Under the pieces are notes generated by a model. It did no database searches. It saw nothing but the letters and a program-made list of their open reading frames with translations, and had not been told where the DNA came from. Below are positions 1-13,791 of a DNA stretch of 64,000 bases, piece after piece. The stretch's first letter is position 1, and every line of letters starts with the position of its first letter. The position numbers were made by a program, and so were the translations under genes. Source of the DNA: Eledone cirrhosa (Eukaryota); the NCBI GenBank assembly GCA_964016885.1, contig OZ024743.1:160456001-160520000 (forward strand), given 5' to 3'.

Positions 1-344
1 TCTTCTTTTCCTTTGTAATATTTTCGTTTATATTTACCTCCGCTCGAACGCTATCTTGTTGACATGCTGATAAAGTCTCCCTCTCTCTGTGTTGTCTGAC
101 AGCGCTCTCTCTCTTTCTTGTGTTATCAATGTTGAAATTTAAAAAAAAGATATGTTTACACGAATACGACACCCCGTAAAGGGGTGCCGTATTATTTACG
201 AGTGAACTCCTATATTAGGTGGGTCACTTCTTCTAAACTTTTATCAAATTTAAAACTTGAATAAAAGGTTTAGAACGGTTGAAAACGAGGTAAAACGTTG
301 AAAAAAACTGGAGGCGGTAAGAAGCGTGGCTTCACCAACAATAG

Positions 345-3300
345 TAATAATAATAATAATGCTTTCTTTATTAACCACAAGGGTTTACATAAAGTAGACA
401 TTAAGGACAGTACAGGACAATACAGGACGGTACAAATGGGCATTTCTGCGTGTAAAAACAAAAAAAAACAGAGGATGTAACAAAAAAATAACAATGAAAA
501 ACTCACAAATAGGGGGGAGACTTCCGAGGGACATTTGTGGAGAAAGCCCATTAAAAGGCTAGAGTGACGCTGACCACCAGGGCAAGTGTCCTCTCCCAGT
601 TTTCACCTTTAATTTACAGACACATACTCAGAGTAGGCCCATTCACTTGGGCCATTCTTGCTTCTCTCACCCATCTTTCAACAAAATGCTGGGAAGAGAG
701 CACTTCCCTCTCTACCCTGATTTTCCTTTTCAAAAGAAACTGGAAAAAGTTAATCAGGGCATCACCGAAGAGGTAAGTGCTCGTCTTCAGTCCTTTCAAA
801 CGCGTCCACCATACTATCTCTTTCGCCATGGCCACCAGACAGATAAAAACTGCCCTTCCTCGCTAAAGGAAGAGGGTGGGGCAATCCTCACGATGGACTC
901 AGCTGATAGTCGGATCCGTTCTACATGCTACAGCAGGTGTTCGACATAAACCCACAAGTCAGCAATGCTCGGACACTGGACGAGTGCAAGCAGGACGGCT
1001 TCGTCGCTCTGCGCGCATCTCGGACATTCCCGGCTGACGGCACCTCCATGTCTGTAGAGTTTATCCCGAACTGGCAAAGCTCCTCGGTAGCACTGCCAGG
1101 CCAGGGATTTCTGGAAGTTGTCCATAGGTCCCGGCCCGAAAGTTCTTCCGAAGAGATTGGCTAGTTGATTTTAGTCGACGCCTAGAGTTTCCCCAAGTAC
1201 GTCGTCGCTCTTCCCCTCCACTAATCCTCTATAGAACGCCAAGGTGGAGTTTCCACCGATCACATTGCCCGATTGGTCGAGGGCTGTGAGCGCCTGAAGA
1301 CATTCCAGTCTCCAAGTGCTCCCTCTCGGTCTTCGTTTGACCCAGGACTGCAGCTCCGTCAAGGAGATGAGCTAGGGAAAGACGCGTCTAACAAACGGCG
1401 ACCACACCTGATCACCGTCGAGGAAGAGGTGGAGATGTCGTAGCCTGAGTGCGTCTGCGCATCATTAGCCACGGCATGCCCAGCCCTCTACGTAGCGGGT
1501 GTTGACAGCAGATGGACCGCCTGACCATCGGAGCGCGTCCCTTCCACAAAAAGCAAAAGACCAAACGCTCCCGCGCAGTCAGGCGAGGCTTAGGACAAAG
1601 CACGACGGTCAGGCGGTAGTAGATGACGGACGCGATGTACGCGTTAGCCACCTCCGCTCGACCTGTCAGGGATAGCTTCCTCTCCGCCGATTTATGGGTG
1701 AGAGAAGCCACCCTGCTCGTCACCTCGTCCCAGTTTTTGTCAGTCTGGAGGTCCGGACCGAACCAGACCCCTAACAATTTAACTGGTCTGTCCGTCCAGC
1801 GCCCGACGACGCCGTTGGGCGGCATGGACCTGCCTCTCCAGGTGCCGAGCTGCAGGCCCACCGACTTTTCTTGGTTGATCATTGCTCCTGTCACCGCTTC
1901 ATATTCTCTTAGTGTAGTGCCGATCGCCTCCATGTGTTTGGCGTACGACACCACTACGGTGACATTGTCCGCATATGCTGACACGGACCTTCCGCATCCT
2001 AGTTCGCGCGTGGCCCCCTCAACGTCTCCAGTTTGTGCAGTAATGGCTCTAGAGTCAACACGTACAAGAGGGACGAGAGGGGACATCCTTGGTGGACCGA
2101 GCGCATGATGTTGAACGGTTACGAAAGGTGACCGTTCACTCCACCACAGAGCAACTGTCGCTGTGCATGGCAGCGATCCAGCCTCTGAAGACGGGCCCAA
2201 AGCCAGCCGCCCTCAGGACTGCCGCCAGATAACGATGGTCGACCCTATCGAAAGCTTTCAACTGCTCTAAATTGATCAAGGACCCACCCGTGCCAGGTTC
2301 TCTAGGTACCCTCTCCACGATGTATCGCATGAGGTGGAATTTGTTGTGGATGGATCTGTCGGGAATGGCGCATGTCTGCGCCTCTCCTACCAGCCCACAA
2401 ACGACAAGCGCCAACCTCTTTGCTAGCACCTTCCCCAAAATCTTGAACTCTGTGCTTAGAAGAGTTATGGGCTTGAAATTATCTATTTTATTCCCCTTGT
2501 TCGGATCCTTTTTCAGCAGCACCAGCTCCTCGGCTCACAGAGCTTGGAATTCTCCCGTTAGTTGCCAGTTGCAGTAGACGTCCGCCAAGAGCCTCCGAAC
2601 ACGTCTGGCATCTGTACCTAAAGTTTATAGGGCAGACCATCGAAACCAGGCGATTTACCCCTTGTGCAGCCAGTCATTGCCTCCCATACTTCAGCTGCTG
2701 TTATAGGCTTTTCGCAACACTCCGCCACAGTGGCAGAGAACCGCGGGAGTCCGTCGAGGTAGATACTAAAGTCTATCCCTCGATTCGGCCCGCCGCTGCC
2801 CCCGAACAGCTGAGCGAAGTGTCGCTGAAAAGCTTCACACATTTGCCCGGGATCGAGTAGCATGCGCCCGTCGTGGTCCACCAAAGACCGGATCGTGGCT
2901 TTGTTGCCACGACGCGCCTCCGCCACTTGGGCCCATTGAACGGCTTTCGCCCCCTCGTGTCTGAGAGCACGCACCCTAGTTCCGACAACTCAGCCTTCGT
3001 GCTTTGCATTGAAGAACTTGTTAAGGGCCAATTTCGCCGCAAGTACGTAGGTCGCGATGCCTTTGCTAAGCGCCTCGTCTAATTTTCTAACTAGTTCTCC
3101 CTCTGCTCTATTTTTCTCTATTGCTAAAGCCTTACTAACTCTGTTCTAATCGCTCTTTTCAGAGCAAACCACCAATTGTTGTTGACGATGGCCCCCGTCA
3201 ACGCCCGCTTAAACTAGTTCGCTAATCCGATCTCTGTAGGCCTTGCGCGCTGGTAATGACGCGTTTAGATTCCAGTAGCCGGGTCCTTGTCTATGAAGCC

Positions 3301-4860
3301 TATCTAAGTCAACCACACAGATCAGGAATTTGTGGTCCGTGTAGCTGACTCTCTTGAATTGTGGACAGCCTATGCTAGACCTATCTGTTTTCCTACAAAA
3401 TACTCTATCTAGATATGATCTGGATGACCCGATGCGATTTGTCCAAGTCCACATTAGCACATTCGGGAAATCCAATCGGTACCTGTCAGACAGTTCAAAA
3501 CGCCTGAGCAGGTTGGTGAGGCTCTTGCACCCTCCTCCCCTATCCGCTAATCCCACACAGTTCCAGCGCGCATCTAAATCCCGTTCCAGTCGCCCACTAA
3601 CACTAAAGAGCGGGACGCTCCAAGAAAGGTCTCCAGACGCTGGAAGAAATCAGGTCGCCCTGCTCCTGTCGGGGCATAGATGGCCACTAGCCTGAAAGCT
3701 TGCCCGTCTCCGCTGGTCACGTCCAGCACCACCAACTTACCTTCTGGGTCCAGGAAGATGGCCCGTATGGCGAGATCCAAATCTCTCCGAAAAAGCACAG
3801 CAACTCCTCCCCCCGATCCAGGACGGCTGGGAGATGCGTACACATCGTAGCCGCCGAAGATCGGTGCGAAGGCCTGTGCTTCGAAGATTCTGGTCTCGTT
3901 GATGGCCACCACATCTATGTTTAGTGACCTGAGATCGTTCAGCAGGTGCCCCTGCTTACAAGACGACCCCAAGCCACGTACATTTATGCTACCTATTCTG
4001 AGAGTAGCCATGTTGGCTAGGATAGGAGGAAAACAAGTGAGAGGGGAGAGGTACAAAAACTTACCTGTGGCTCTTTTTTAGGAAGGGGGTGAGTGATCCA
4101 TCCCTCTGACCATTGGTGGGTTTCTCCACGAGAAAATCCGTGAATATTCTTTTGGTGATGTTCCCTCGGTAGTCTCCAATTGATGTGGGGAACATTTTTT
4201 TAATGTTATGTAATTTTTATGTGTAATTTCTATTATTTTTATGTGTGTGTGGGGGGGTGCAATGTTGGTGGTTTGTACGTAGTTTGTTTCTGTGATGTTG
4301 GTGTGGTGTTGAATGTAATTTAAAAGCTTTGTGTTGTCTGTGTCTATGACTGTGTATTGTGTCTGCTGTTTGGGTGTTGGTGTTTTCTGTGTTTGCTGTC
4401 GTGTTGCTGGAGGTGACGATGGGGTAGATGGTAAGGGTGGTGGTGGTGGTGGTGGTGGTGATGGTGTAGGTGGTTGTGGGGGTGTGGCTGTTGATGGTGG
4501 TGGAGGAGGAGGGGTGTTTTAATTTTCTTTTTTTAAGGTTCTTTCTTCCTCTCTTGGGGGGGGGGGTGAGTGAGGGTAGGGAGTTCTTCCTTTTTTTTGT
4601 TGGAATAGTACTCCACTCTTCCGTCTCATCGCACTCCTTGTCCGATTTAGCTATATCAGGAAGGGGTATGCTTTCTATTGGTTTTGTGGGTGGTGGAAGA
4701 GATGGTGTTTTTGTTGTTGGGGATGGTGATTTCTCTTCTGCCCCTGTCTTCTTTGTTTGTTTGTCTGCTCCAGTTGCGGGGCATGGCGTGGGGAGAAGGG
4801 GTGGGCGCGTGCCTGTTTTGGTAATTTTGGGGCATCCATGAAACCTTGGGCGCCTACCTT
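345..4860 (-). mobile_element. Tx1/L1-clade non-LTR retrotransposon, 5'-truncated and frameshifted
   Basis: The minus-strand ORF pieces are in LINE ORF2 order: APE endonuclease (SINVRGL..NET..GGGVAVL..GDWN at 3574-4056; SYLDR..TDH at 3209-3556), RT (KSPGFDGLP; NFKPITLL..KAFDRVDH; SAYADNVT), and a C-terminal Cys/His knuckle (ECPRC..LVQCP at 928-1125). An ORF1-like low-complexity remnant lies at 4217-4860. The 3' end is AATAAA-GAAAGC-(ATT)n at ~345-373. Confidence 0.88.
614..4011 (-). pseudogene. LINE ORF2 (APE endonuclease + reverse transcriptase), disrupted
   Basis: Starts at ATG 4011 (MATLRIGSINVRG) and runs to the stop at 614. It is split over several ORF-track segments by frameshifts and stops. 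Confidence 0.88.
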
Positions 4861-4861
4861 C

Positions 4862-5140
4862 GACAGTCCCGTAAGGGTGAAAAGCAAAGTTAACCTTTGT
4901 GGGAGTTGAACTCAGAACGTAAAGGGCCATAATTCCATGTTGCAAAAAAGGGTGTCAGACGCTCTACCAAATAATAATAATGCTTTCTACTATAGGCACA
5001 AGGCCAGCAATTTTGGAGGAGAGGAAAATCGATTAAATCGACCCCACTGCATTATTGGTGCTAGGCAAAGCTAACCATGGCGTGATTTGAAGCATAACGT
5101 AAAGGGATGTAACTCTATGTTGCAAAGAATGGTGTCCGAC
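4862..5140 (-). mobile_element. Two partial tandem copies of the tRNA-derived SINE
   Basis: Match the SINE at 57097 and 63139 (cccgtaagggtgaaaagcaaagttaacc..gaactcagaacgtaaagggccata; tgctttctactataggcacaaggccagc). Confidence 0.8.
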
Positions 5141-5512
5141 GAACAGCAGTACAAACACTATTCTGTCTCCTCACACGAGGTAATAACAAAACCTGATATA
5201 AACTGCTCCCTTTGTATTCCTTTTTTTTCTTTTTCTTTTGTTTCTACTAAAATATGTGCTCCATTAAGGTACTGTACACAGTTGATTATTTTATTCTATT
5301 TTTCTAAGATATTAACAATGCCGTGAGGCCCGTTAGAACTCTAATTTGTACTGTAGGTATTCAGCCACTTCTACCTATCTCTTCGCCTACGACACATTTC
5401 TTTGTTCTTGTTTATTGCTAATAGCAGTGCAAAAGTTATTCACTCTCTTCGCACCTGTTGAAAATGTAACCTGATTTAAGCCCCTTAAAGTCGTTTACGT
5501 CAACCACTAGAG

Positions 5513-6780
5513 ATGGCGTCCCAAGAAGAAAAAAACACTGGTCGTAGTGGAACCTTAAAACCCCAAACCTCAATGAGAGCAATGAAACAAAACATTTGTT
5601 TACACACAGAGGTAAATGGTGCTGGAGCTAATAGTGAAGGTGCCTCGTCCGGCAGATGCCCTGTGGTTGAGCAGAAAAGTCCCAGTTGTCATCATGACAC
5701 TGCTAGAAAGAAGTGGAGTAAGGAGGTAAAGGCTGTTATGAAGTGTTATTTTAGAAGCATGATAAACGATGGAACCAAACAGGAAGAGGAACTGAATTTT
5801 CGAGATGATGCGGGACGTGCTATTAACATTGATGAACGGAAAGACATATCAGAAAAAGACAGACAGATGATTGCTGATATATTGGAGATCTCTAAATCAG
5901 GAGGCAGTAATAAAAAATTGAAAAAAATTAAAAAAGCAAATCAATGTCAGTTAAACGAAATAACTAACAAAGCAAGCGACATACTTGACAAGGTACCAAC
6001 TAGAACCATCACAGAAACCAACAATCTAATTAGCGCAGCAAGTATCTATATTGCTAAAGATTTAGGTGCGAAACAGACTACAAAAAAGCAGATCAAGGAA
6101 TTATGGTGGAAAAGGAGAATTGAAGGGGACATCATAATGCTGAAGAAAGATATTAATATTCTGGAAAGGGAAAAACGAGGTGAATTTAAAACAGGGGGAA
6201 AATTGTTGTTCATGTGGTTGTTCTTGGTGAGGGATCAGAGTGGAAGAAGCTTAACTAGTGTTGAATATCGTTTGTCGATGGAACGAAGCAGCTTACCCGA
6301 TTATTTACAGAACAGTATAGAAAATTTTCTAAGGACAGTGAGTAAAGAGCAGATAATCAAGAATACAAAGGGCGAAAAAAGACAAAAGCAAATTTAAAGA
6401 AGATCATTATTGAAAGAACTGAAGAGAAAACTTTACACAGTCCGTCTCGGAAAGCCAATGAAGATGTATGTGAAAGAAAAAGAGAGAGAGCTTTATTGCA
6501 ACTCCTCAAGATCAAGCAGTGTGATCTTGGGATAAAACATTGGCCCACATTGTTGCAGAATGCCTCATGCTAGCCTGAGAGAATATAGGAAATGGTGACA
6601 TAATCTAGTTGCGAACTAGAAAGGGCAGTTTGAAGTATAACGTAGGTCGTATAATTATCGGGTAGAACGAGAGCTTGAGTCGGAAACATGCAAGATTCTG
6701 TAGGATTTTGCCATTCAAACATAAGAATCTGAAGTATCGTACCCGGAATCTCTTGATAACGAAACGAAATTCTTTGCTAT
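5513..6780 (+). mobile_element. Internally deleted R4/Dong-like (RLE-type) non-LTR retrotransposon
   Basis: ORF 5513-6397 has [17 protein letters not shown] and [17 protein letters not shown]. Downstream broken frames give ESFIATPQDQAV, HIVAEC..EY..HN and ESETCKIL*DFAIQT (CCHC/RLE region). The RT core is absent. Clade assigned from remembered motifs. Confidence 0.65.
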
Positions 6781-7849
6781 TAGACTATGCTTACATCCAC
6801 TTGCATGCCTAAACTAGAGCTGGAGCAGATATATGTGATCTTTTAATAGCATTTTCTCAAAGTATGTGCGAGAAAATTGAATTGAAGACAGTGGACAGAA
6901 AATCCTATCTTGAAAATTTGTCGAATGTCTATGCTGCAGTTTGGTATCATTACCATAGCTTCAGCTCGATTGAAGCCCTGCATGTAAGATTGGATAGGTG
7001 GAAAATTACATTTGTAATTTAGAGGCAGCCTTGTTACTCACTGTTTCGTGCTAAATCTCCCTGAGAATTACATATAAAGTATACGTATATGTGGAATACT
7101 CAGCCACTTATTGCTTAATTTAACAAGATATCCGTTTCATATATCGAAAACTCGAACATTTATTCTCGATCAAGTGGGGGTAGATGTAATAGTGTGATAC
7201 ATACTATAGTAGAGTGGAAGTGTGGTAGTGATTTAGAGCTGTGAAAGTTTCGTAGTATTTTAAGCAATGATTTCTTATTATTTCTGTGAGGTCTACTAGT
7301 AGCTTGGTGAATCGAGCTAAGGATATTCACCAAATACTTATTGTAAAATCTGCCAATCCTTTCGATTGTTATTAGGCAATTTAAACATCGAAAGAAAAAA
7401 AAAAACGTGGATATCTAGTCAGACAATATTTGTTTCTAATTTCGTGCGGAGTCAACTGCATGATATCACATATCATGAAATGGAAAAGGAAATGGAGACA
7501 GAAAGAAATGCCAAGCATTGGAGATATGGTAAGGACTTCTTTTGTTATCATTATTGTTGATCACAGACAAGCGTCAATCACACACGCCAGATCAGTGGGC
7601 CTGCACTGATAACGAGAAGCAGAGTCAACACTGTTATTTGCATTTGGCTGGGATTAATTTAGTGTAGCTTATCATGAATTATTCATGGTTGTAAGAGATC
7701 GTGTGTGATCCGATTTTTGTAGTGTCAATATTGTCGGAGAATGGGAAATGAAAATCTGCAAACAAATACAATTTGAGTATGAAATACGTTGAGCTCAGTA
7801 CTGTATGGATCCTTTCATGTTTTATCTTTAAGACCACCACTCTACCTAC

Positions 7850-8277
7850 AATCATACCTCCCTCCTTATAAACTTGCCTGCATGCCTAATAACTTATCTA
7901 CTTACCATCCTACCTACCTTAATCTACTATCAACATACTTGTCTACCTGTCATACCGAACTAATTACGTATCTACCTCCCCTTACATAACCTTCCAGCCT
8001 AACTGATCTAGTAACCTACACACCTCCCTCCCTACAGCCCTACTGATCAAACTACCAATAATCTATCTACTTACTTGCGTATTTACGTACCTTCATAGAT
8101 ACATAGCTGACCCCTTACTTACCTACCTTAACAACCTATTAATAATCTATAGCTTATTTAGATATCCTGCCTACCTAACTATCTACCTTCCTCCTACCTA
8201 CTTACCGATGTGCCTTCTTACTCGCATACACACCGATCTGCCTATCTATATGTCTCCCTACATACCTACATATCTAT
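7850..8277. repeat. Degenerate (TACC/CTAC)n simple repeat
   Basis: Repeated ctacct/tacctac units. Confidence 0.7.
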
Positions 8278-8723
8278 ACTAGACCTGAAAAATGCACAAG
8301 CTCAAAAGAGCCACAGAATGTTATAATAAACCTTCAAAAGTGTGGGACTAGAGTTGTTGCTCAAAGATATTGTAATCATTATCTATCGTACACTCTGTGG
8401 CATCCTTTTATAAAAAAGAGACTCATAACGAACTCAAAACGACACGATAATTATTTAAGCCAATGTTCAATATCTCATATTAGATATTTAGTAATAATTA
8501 ATACGAAATGCACTTAAACCGAATTCTATATTATAAGTTCACTTAAATAATTATCGTGTCATCTTGAGTTCGTTATGAGTCTCTTTTTTATAAAAGGATG
8601 CCACAGAGTGTACGATAGATAATGATTACAATATTTTTGAGCAACAACTCTAGTCCCACACTTTTGAAGGTTTATTATAACATTCTGTGGCTCTTTTGAG
8701 TTTGCGCATTTTTCAGGTCTAGT
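8278..8723. repeat. ~180 bp inverted repeat pair (MITE-like or fold-back)
   Basis: 8278-8459 is the reverse complement of 8542-8723 with a few mismatches; spacer ~82 bp. Confidence 0.9.
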
Positions 8724-11680
8724 TTAATATTTTTTTAAGGCAACGCTTGTAATAACTCTAGTTAAACATGATATATATTAATAATAAATTATCGTTGTAA
8801 TGTAATTAGATTATATAATTGTTATTTTATAAATGATCTTATAAATATTATTGTAAGATGTATAAACATATTTTCAGACTTTTAATATAAACAACTACAA
8901 AAAACAATCAATATTAAATAAATATATTTTACATAATAATTGTTATAGTTGAATTAATAAAAATTAAATATTACATACAAATAGTCTAACATAATAATAA
9001 AAAATAATCTAACATAATAATAATAAAATAATCTAACATAAAACGAACAATAATATGGACAAATATACAAGTAAATATGATACAACCAATATTATAAGCA
9101 TGTTATAACAAACTGAAAAAAAAATAGTAACGAGAAAAATATTTTCATGATAAAAACGACGAAATACAGGAGGAAGATTCGAAATCGAAACGATAAATAA
9201 ACGTGCAAACAAAGTGGCGGATGCTTTTCAGCAAGAATTACTCTCATTGGTTGATAGCCAATAAGACGATACATTACAAAAGATGTTTGGCAGGGATCAC
9301 GACGGCCAGCGAATTCCCTTGAATTTTTTATTCACAAGCTACGCATATAAGTCAGACAGACATGCAGATTAAAACATTCTGTAGTTAGTCACTGCGTGTC
9401 TAACATATACCAACCAGCATACATACTTGTGAAACAGACTTCTTATAGATAACATTGCTGAAGGTCTTGGTGCTATTGCACCGACCTAATGCTGCAGTAT
9501 TTAGTGGATACAAATAACAAAGGCCTACTGCAACATTTAAAGACCAAGATCGATCTAAGTATACAACTGATATTCCTGTGGAGAGAAAAAAACCACCTTT
9601 TAGTTATACTCTGTTGTTGCTTTCGTTTAATCACAAGTTGGTCGGTCCTGATTGAGCAAATCGGTGATCAAATGCATCTCAGTTGTGATCATGTCACTCA
9701 CTTCAGGCTTAATAGACCTAGGATTCCATTATGAAATATACTCTTTTCAAAAATTGTAAAGCATACTGTGTTAGAAGATTTAGTTACTATTTCTACCAAG
9801 TCGAGCGACTATGTAGAAACTCTTTCGTCCTTATTATCAGATGTAGAGGAGAAGCAGTTGCTGTGTGTTTTTGACTGGCTCAATGATATTTTGATGGCAT
9901 CTATTGTGGGAATTTGAAAGTTTTAGTTGCGTGATGTTCTTTGTAAGTAAGTTGAAGTATAAGAATATTTCCTTGATACGTGTAATTACTGTGTTTTGTT
10001 GCAGTGACTAGGATGCTGTAACATTATTAGTATAAAGTTTTATGATCTCTGTGTATAGAAGCAGAGTAAATCTAGCAGGCGTATCAAAGTTAGATGTGGC
10101 TTGTGTAAGAAAGACATAAAGCGAAGAGATGGACTGTATCATCTTGGTATTCCTTATCAGAAGTGACACCAAATTGTTTAATAATCTACAGAAGCAAGAG
10201 TATGAGGGACACAAGCAACAAAATTCCCAAGAATGAGATACTAATGGTATGTGGCATAGAAGAATATTTAAATCTGGCCCACAGAAATAGTATTGGTGGT
10301 CACTAAGAAGAGATGGAGAGTAAATGTGATAAAATATGTTTTACTACATTTTTGAAATGCCTTACTTGAGAATGGGGCACGTTGTTGCGGGTGTCATAGG
10401 CTTGTACATACCCTAGTTAAGATAGAAAGAGATAAGGAGTGCAATCATTTGGAGATAATGATAGGACGCGACCAGGACCTGTTATTTGGTTTCAGTGAGT
10501 TGGTATTAGTAAGGAAGTAGGAATTTTGTTGTATGTGTGTGTATAATCTGAGGTTGGAAACAAAATAAATCAGCAAATATGGTGTCTTTAACTGCTGGTG
10601 TACGACTTACGGTGCCTTACTGATTGAGGAGTGGCCTGTAGAAGTATTTTACAAATTTAGTGCAACTCTTTTGGAAACAAAACAGAATGCCCACAAATAC
10701 CTTGGGAAATGAAATAACGATGCACACAGATATTAATTACCTTTGTATGTCATGATGCAGTTATTGTATTCGTGGGTAATTTTCTAGGTACTGTACATTG
10801 TATCATTCTCTTGACTCTTACAATAAAGCTGCGAATAAACAACTTGAAGATTATAGAGGCTGAAATTTGGTTGTATGTGGGATATAGAAGGGTAACATTG
10901 GGATGTACAGCAAAATCACGCATATAAGTAACTATGAAGGTTTGGGTAGGAACTCCATTCTTTGCTAAGATTAAATCAATATATAACTGGTCAGACTCCG
11001 ATCAGCGAACGAAATTCAGGTATAACTGATTTTACAGAAAAAAAAAAATAATGTTAATAGTGATTAGGGATGAAAATGTTAAGTGCGTTATCTCCTTAGA
11101 TAATTATTTGGCAGTGTATAAAGAGGCCAAGAACAGTTAGTGTCTCAATTTGGAATATTTGGAGATAGAGAGACTGTTAACAGCATGTAAAAGTAAAATC
11201 TTTTCAATGGCAAACGTATAGCCACTGCACATGTATGAGATGAAGGCTGGAGCCAAGAAACTGTGTGCATGAGAACGCAGATCAATCAGAAACTGATGGC
11301 TGGATATCGTAAAAGACCGATTCCAACTTTCCAGTGACTACCATTCTTCACCATCTATTTGCAGCAAAACATCTCTAGAAAATCTACAAATTTATCTACT
11401 CTAGGACTCTTCAAACTTTTATATTACAGAAGATAGATATATTAATATCCACCGTGCAGCTAGGATATCTGTCTCCTTCTTCCAAGGATAGGATATTTAA
11501 ATCCAAACGTGACATGTATTAATTTTCGTATGATTATCAGTGAAACAACGTAAATTGTTCTTATTTTCCTGATTGTTTTAGTGACATTTCACATTTGAAG
11601 ATTTATAGATATTGCAAAACTAATTAATACGGAAACGTTGTATTTATGTACACACTTATCTATGTGTATATATATATATG

Positions 11681-11733
<53 letters not shown>

Positions 11734-11739
11734 ATAATA

Positions 11740-12375
11740 ATAAATTTGAAGACTAAAATCCAAAGAGGGCTCGATAAGGATAAATATATATCAAATATAT
11801 AAGAACCGTAGAGCAGAAATACCATTCAAATTTATTACTCTACGACTCCTAACATTGCACATAACATCACTGCTTCAAATTTAACTAAATTACCTAATCG
11901 TAGGAACACATGCAACCCTGTAGCTAGTACTAACTGCAATTGTAGGAATCGGGTTCACTCCCCCCTATCCGGGAAATGCCTCTCTAGTAACATTGTCTAC
12001 AAATGTAAGGTTGAGACACGCACGTCCCGTAGGGCCTGCATAGGGTTAACCGCCAATAGATTCAAGCAACGTCTTTACATGCATACCCATTCTTTTCTTA
12101 ACCCTTTAAGAAGGAATATGACGTCATTTTCAGCTTATATCTGGAGTCTAAAAAAACCCACACCCAATATAGGTTACACTAGGAGATCCTATCTAAGACT
12201 AGATCATATAACGTAAGTAAAAGACCATGTGACCTCTGCGCCGCTGAAGCCGTGGAAATACTCTACGCCAATGACCACATCTTAAACAAAAAATCTGAGG
12301 CAATTTCGGCTTGTAAACATAAATCGCACAAAACCTTCCTGTATTACAGCCCCACTTTATACCCTAACGGATAGT
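11740..12375 (+). pseudogene. Penelope-like element GIY-YIG endonuclease fragment (Naiad-like motif pattern), not in the ORF track
   Basis: Manual translation gives NCNCRNRVHSPLSGKCLSSNIVYKCKV..ACIGLTANRFKQRLYMH..SFSAYIWSL, then after a frameshift EILSKTRSY..PCDLCAAE..ILNKKSEAISACKH. It starts next to a (TA)n run. Confidence 0.8.
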
Positions 12376-12767
12376 ACGAACAATACGCGGATAATTTACG
12401 TCTTGATGTGGTAGCTAAGTATAATTTATGTCTATACCATTACTTATTTGTATAGGTAAGCTTATATTACCTGAATGTTTTGTGAAGGTACGTATACTTT
12501 CTATACGTATATTGTTTGTATATGTTATAGGCGTATATATTTTATATATACTGGTACATGTCTATATGGTTATGTGTATACGTGAGTTTTGTGTGTGTAT
12601 GTCGGTTTGCACGTAGTAGGGTGTGTGTATATGTGTACATATATGTATATGTGTTTTGGTTGACGTCGTTTAGCGAACATATGTGTATTTACATGTGGGT
12701 GTGTGTGTGCGCGCGCTATATACGTATTTGTGTGTATATTTCTATACGTTTATATAATTATATGTAT

Positions 12768-12903
<136 letters not shown>

Positions 12904-13255
12904 GTATATATATTTTTTAATATATGTTTTATGTGTATTTTGTGTATACGCTCGTATGTGTGCGGGTAAAGGTGTTGCGTGGGATTTGTATGTGTGCGCG
13001 TATTTTTGTGTACGTGTCTGTATTTGTATACCCATGGCGTGTTTTTTCGCGTATGCATGTGTATGGACGTATATAGATGCGTGCAAGTATATATTTAATT
13101 ATTGTTGATTTCAATAACCTCTGTAATTTATTTACATTATTCTTAACTCTGAAGCCGAGAATCATTCGGTTTCCTGAATAGAATTTTAGTCTACGACTTC
13201 AGTTATACCATAAACGTTGTTTTGTCTTTGCGTGTAATTGTTCTCACCGCTCCAC

Positions 13256-13358
13256 ATAATTGTTTCTACTTTAGGCACAAGGCCAGCAAATACATAGTGC
13301 ATTACTGGTACTTTATTTTATCGACCCCGTAAGGATGAAAGGCAAAGTTAACCTCGAT
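13256..13358 (-). mobile_element. Partial SINE copy
   Basis: tgtttctactttaggcacaaggccagc..atcgaccccgtaaggatgaaaggcaaagttaacctcg. It lies between duplicated flanking segments (~13178 and ~13428). Confidence 0.8.
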
Positions 13359-13704
13359 CGACATAATGACGTATTATCTTCGTCTTTTTCGTTCACTGCC
13401 AGAGAACGTCTCCACGAACCACCTAATAGAATATTAGTCTACGACTTCATTTATACCATAAACGTGGTTTTGTCTTTGCGTGTAATTGTTTTCACAGCTC
13501 CAAATAACCGACGTGTTATCTTCGTTTTTTCCCGTTCTTTGCCAGGGAACGTTTCCATGAACCAAAGTATCGTCTTCCTGTCTTCCTTCGGTTGCAACGT
13601 TTTTTGAAATATTTACTTCTGCGTTCACAGATTGATATTTTTAGTTTCAGAAGATCCCGTTAAGGGTGAAAGCACCGATTCTTTGCTTAAACTTTAATCT
13701 GTTA

Positions 13705-13785
<81 letters not shown>

Positions 13786-13791
<6 letters not shown>

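Noticed and set aside
1623-2108. Plus-strand ORFs over the LINE, and other antisense ORFs over the CRE, Helitron and PLE elements
   Set aside because: Shadow frames of transposon coding sequence with no recognisable motifs.
4217-4945. 242 aa ORF as an intact gene
   Set aside because: It is a chimera of SINE sequence and a low-complexity LINE ORF1 remnant, with a non-ATG start inside the SINE.
9830-11500. Possibly an ancient decayed LINE-like region
   Set aside because: No diagnostic motif could be recovered by eye.
13640-13700. HHR-like cagaaga tccc gttaa gggt gaaa gc (mirror copy at ~61215-61260)
   Set aside because: The core reads CAGAAGA in both copies and stems I and III do not pair. 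Possibly a decayed PLE HHR but unsupported.
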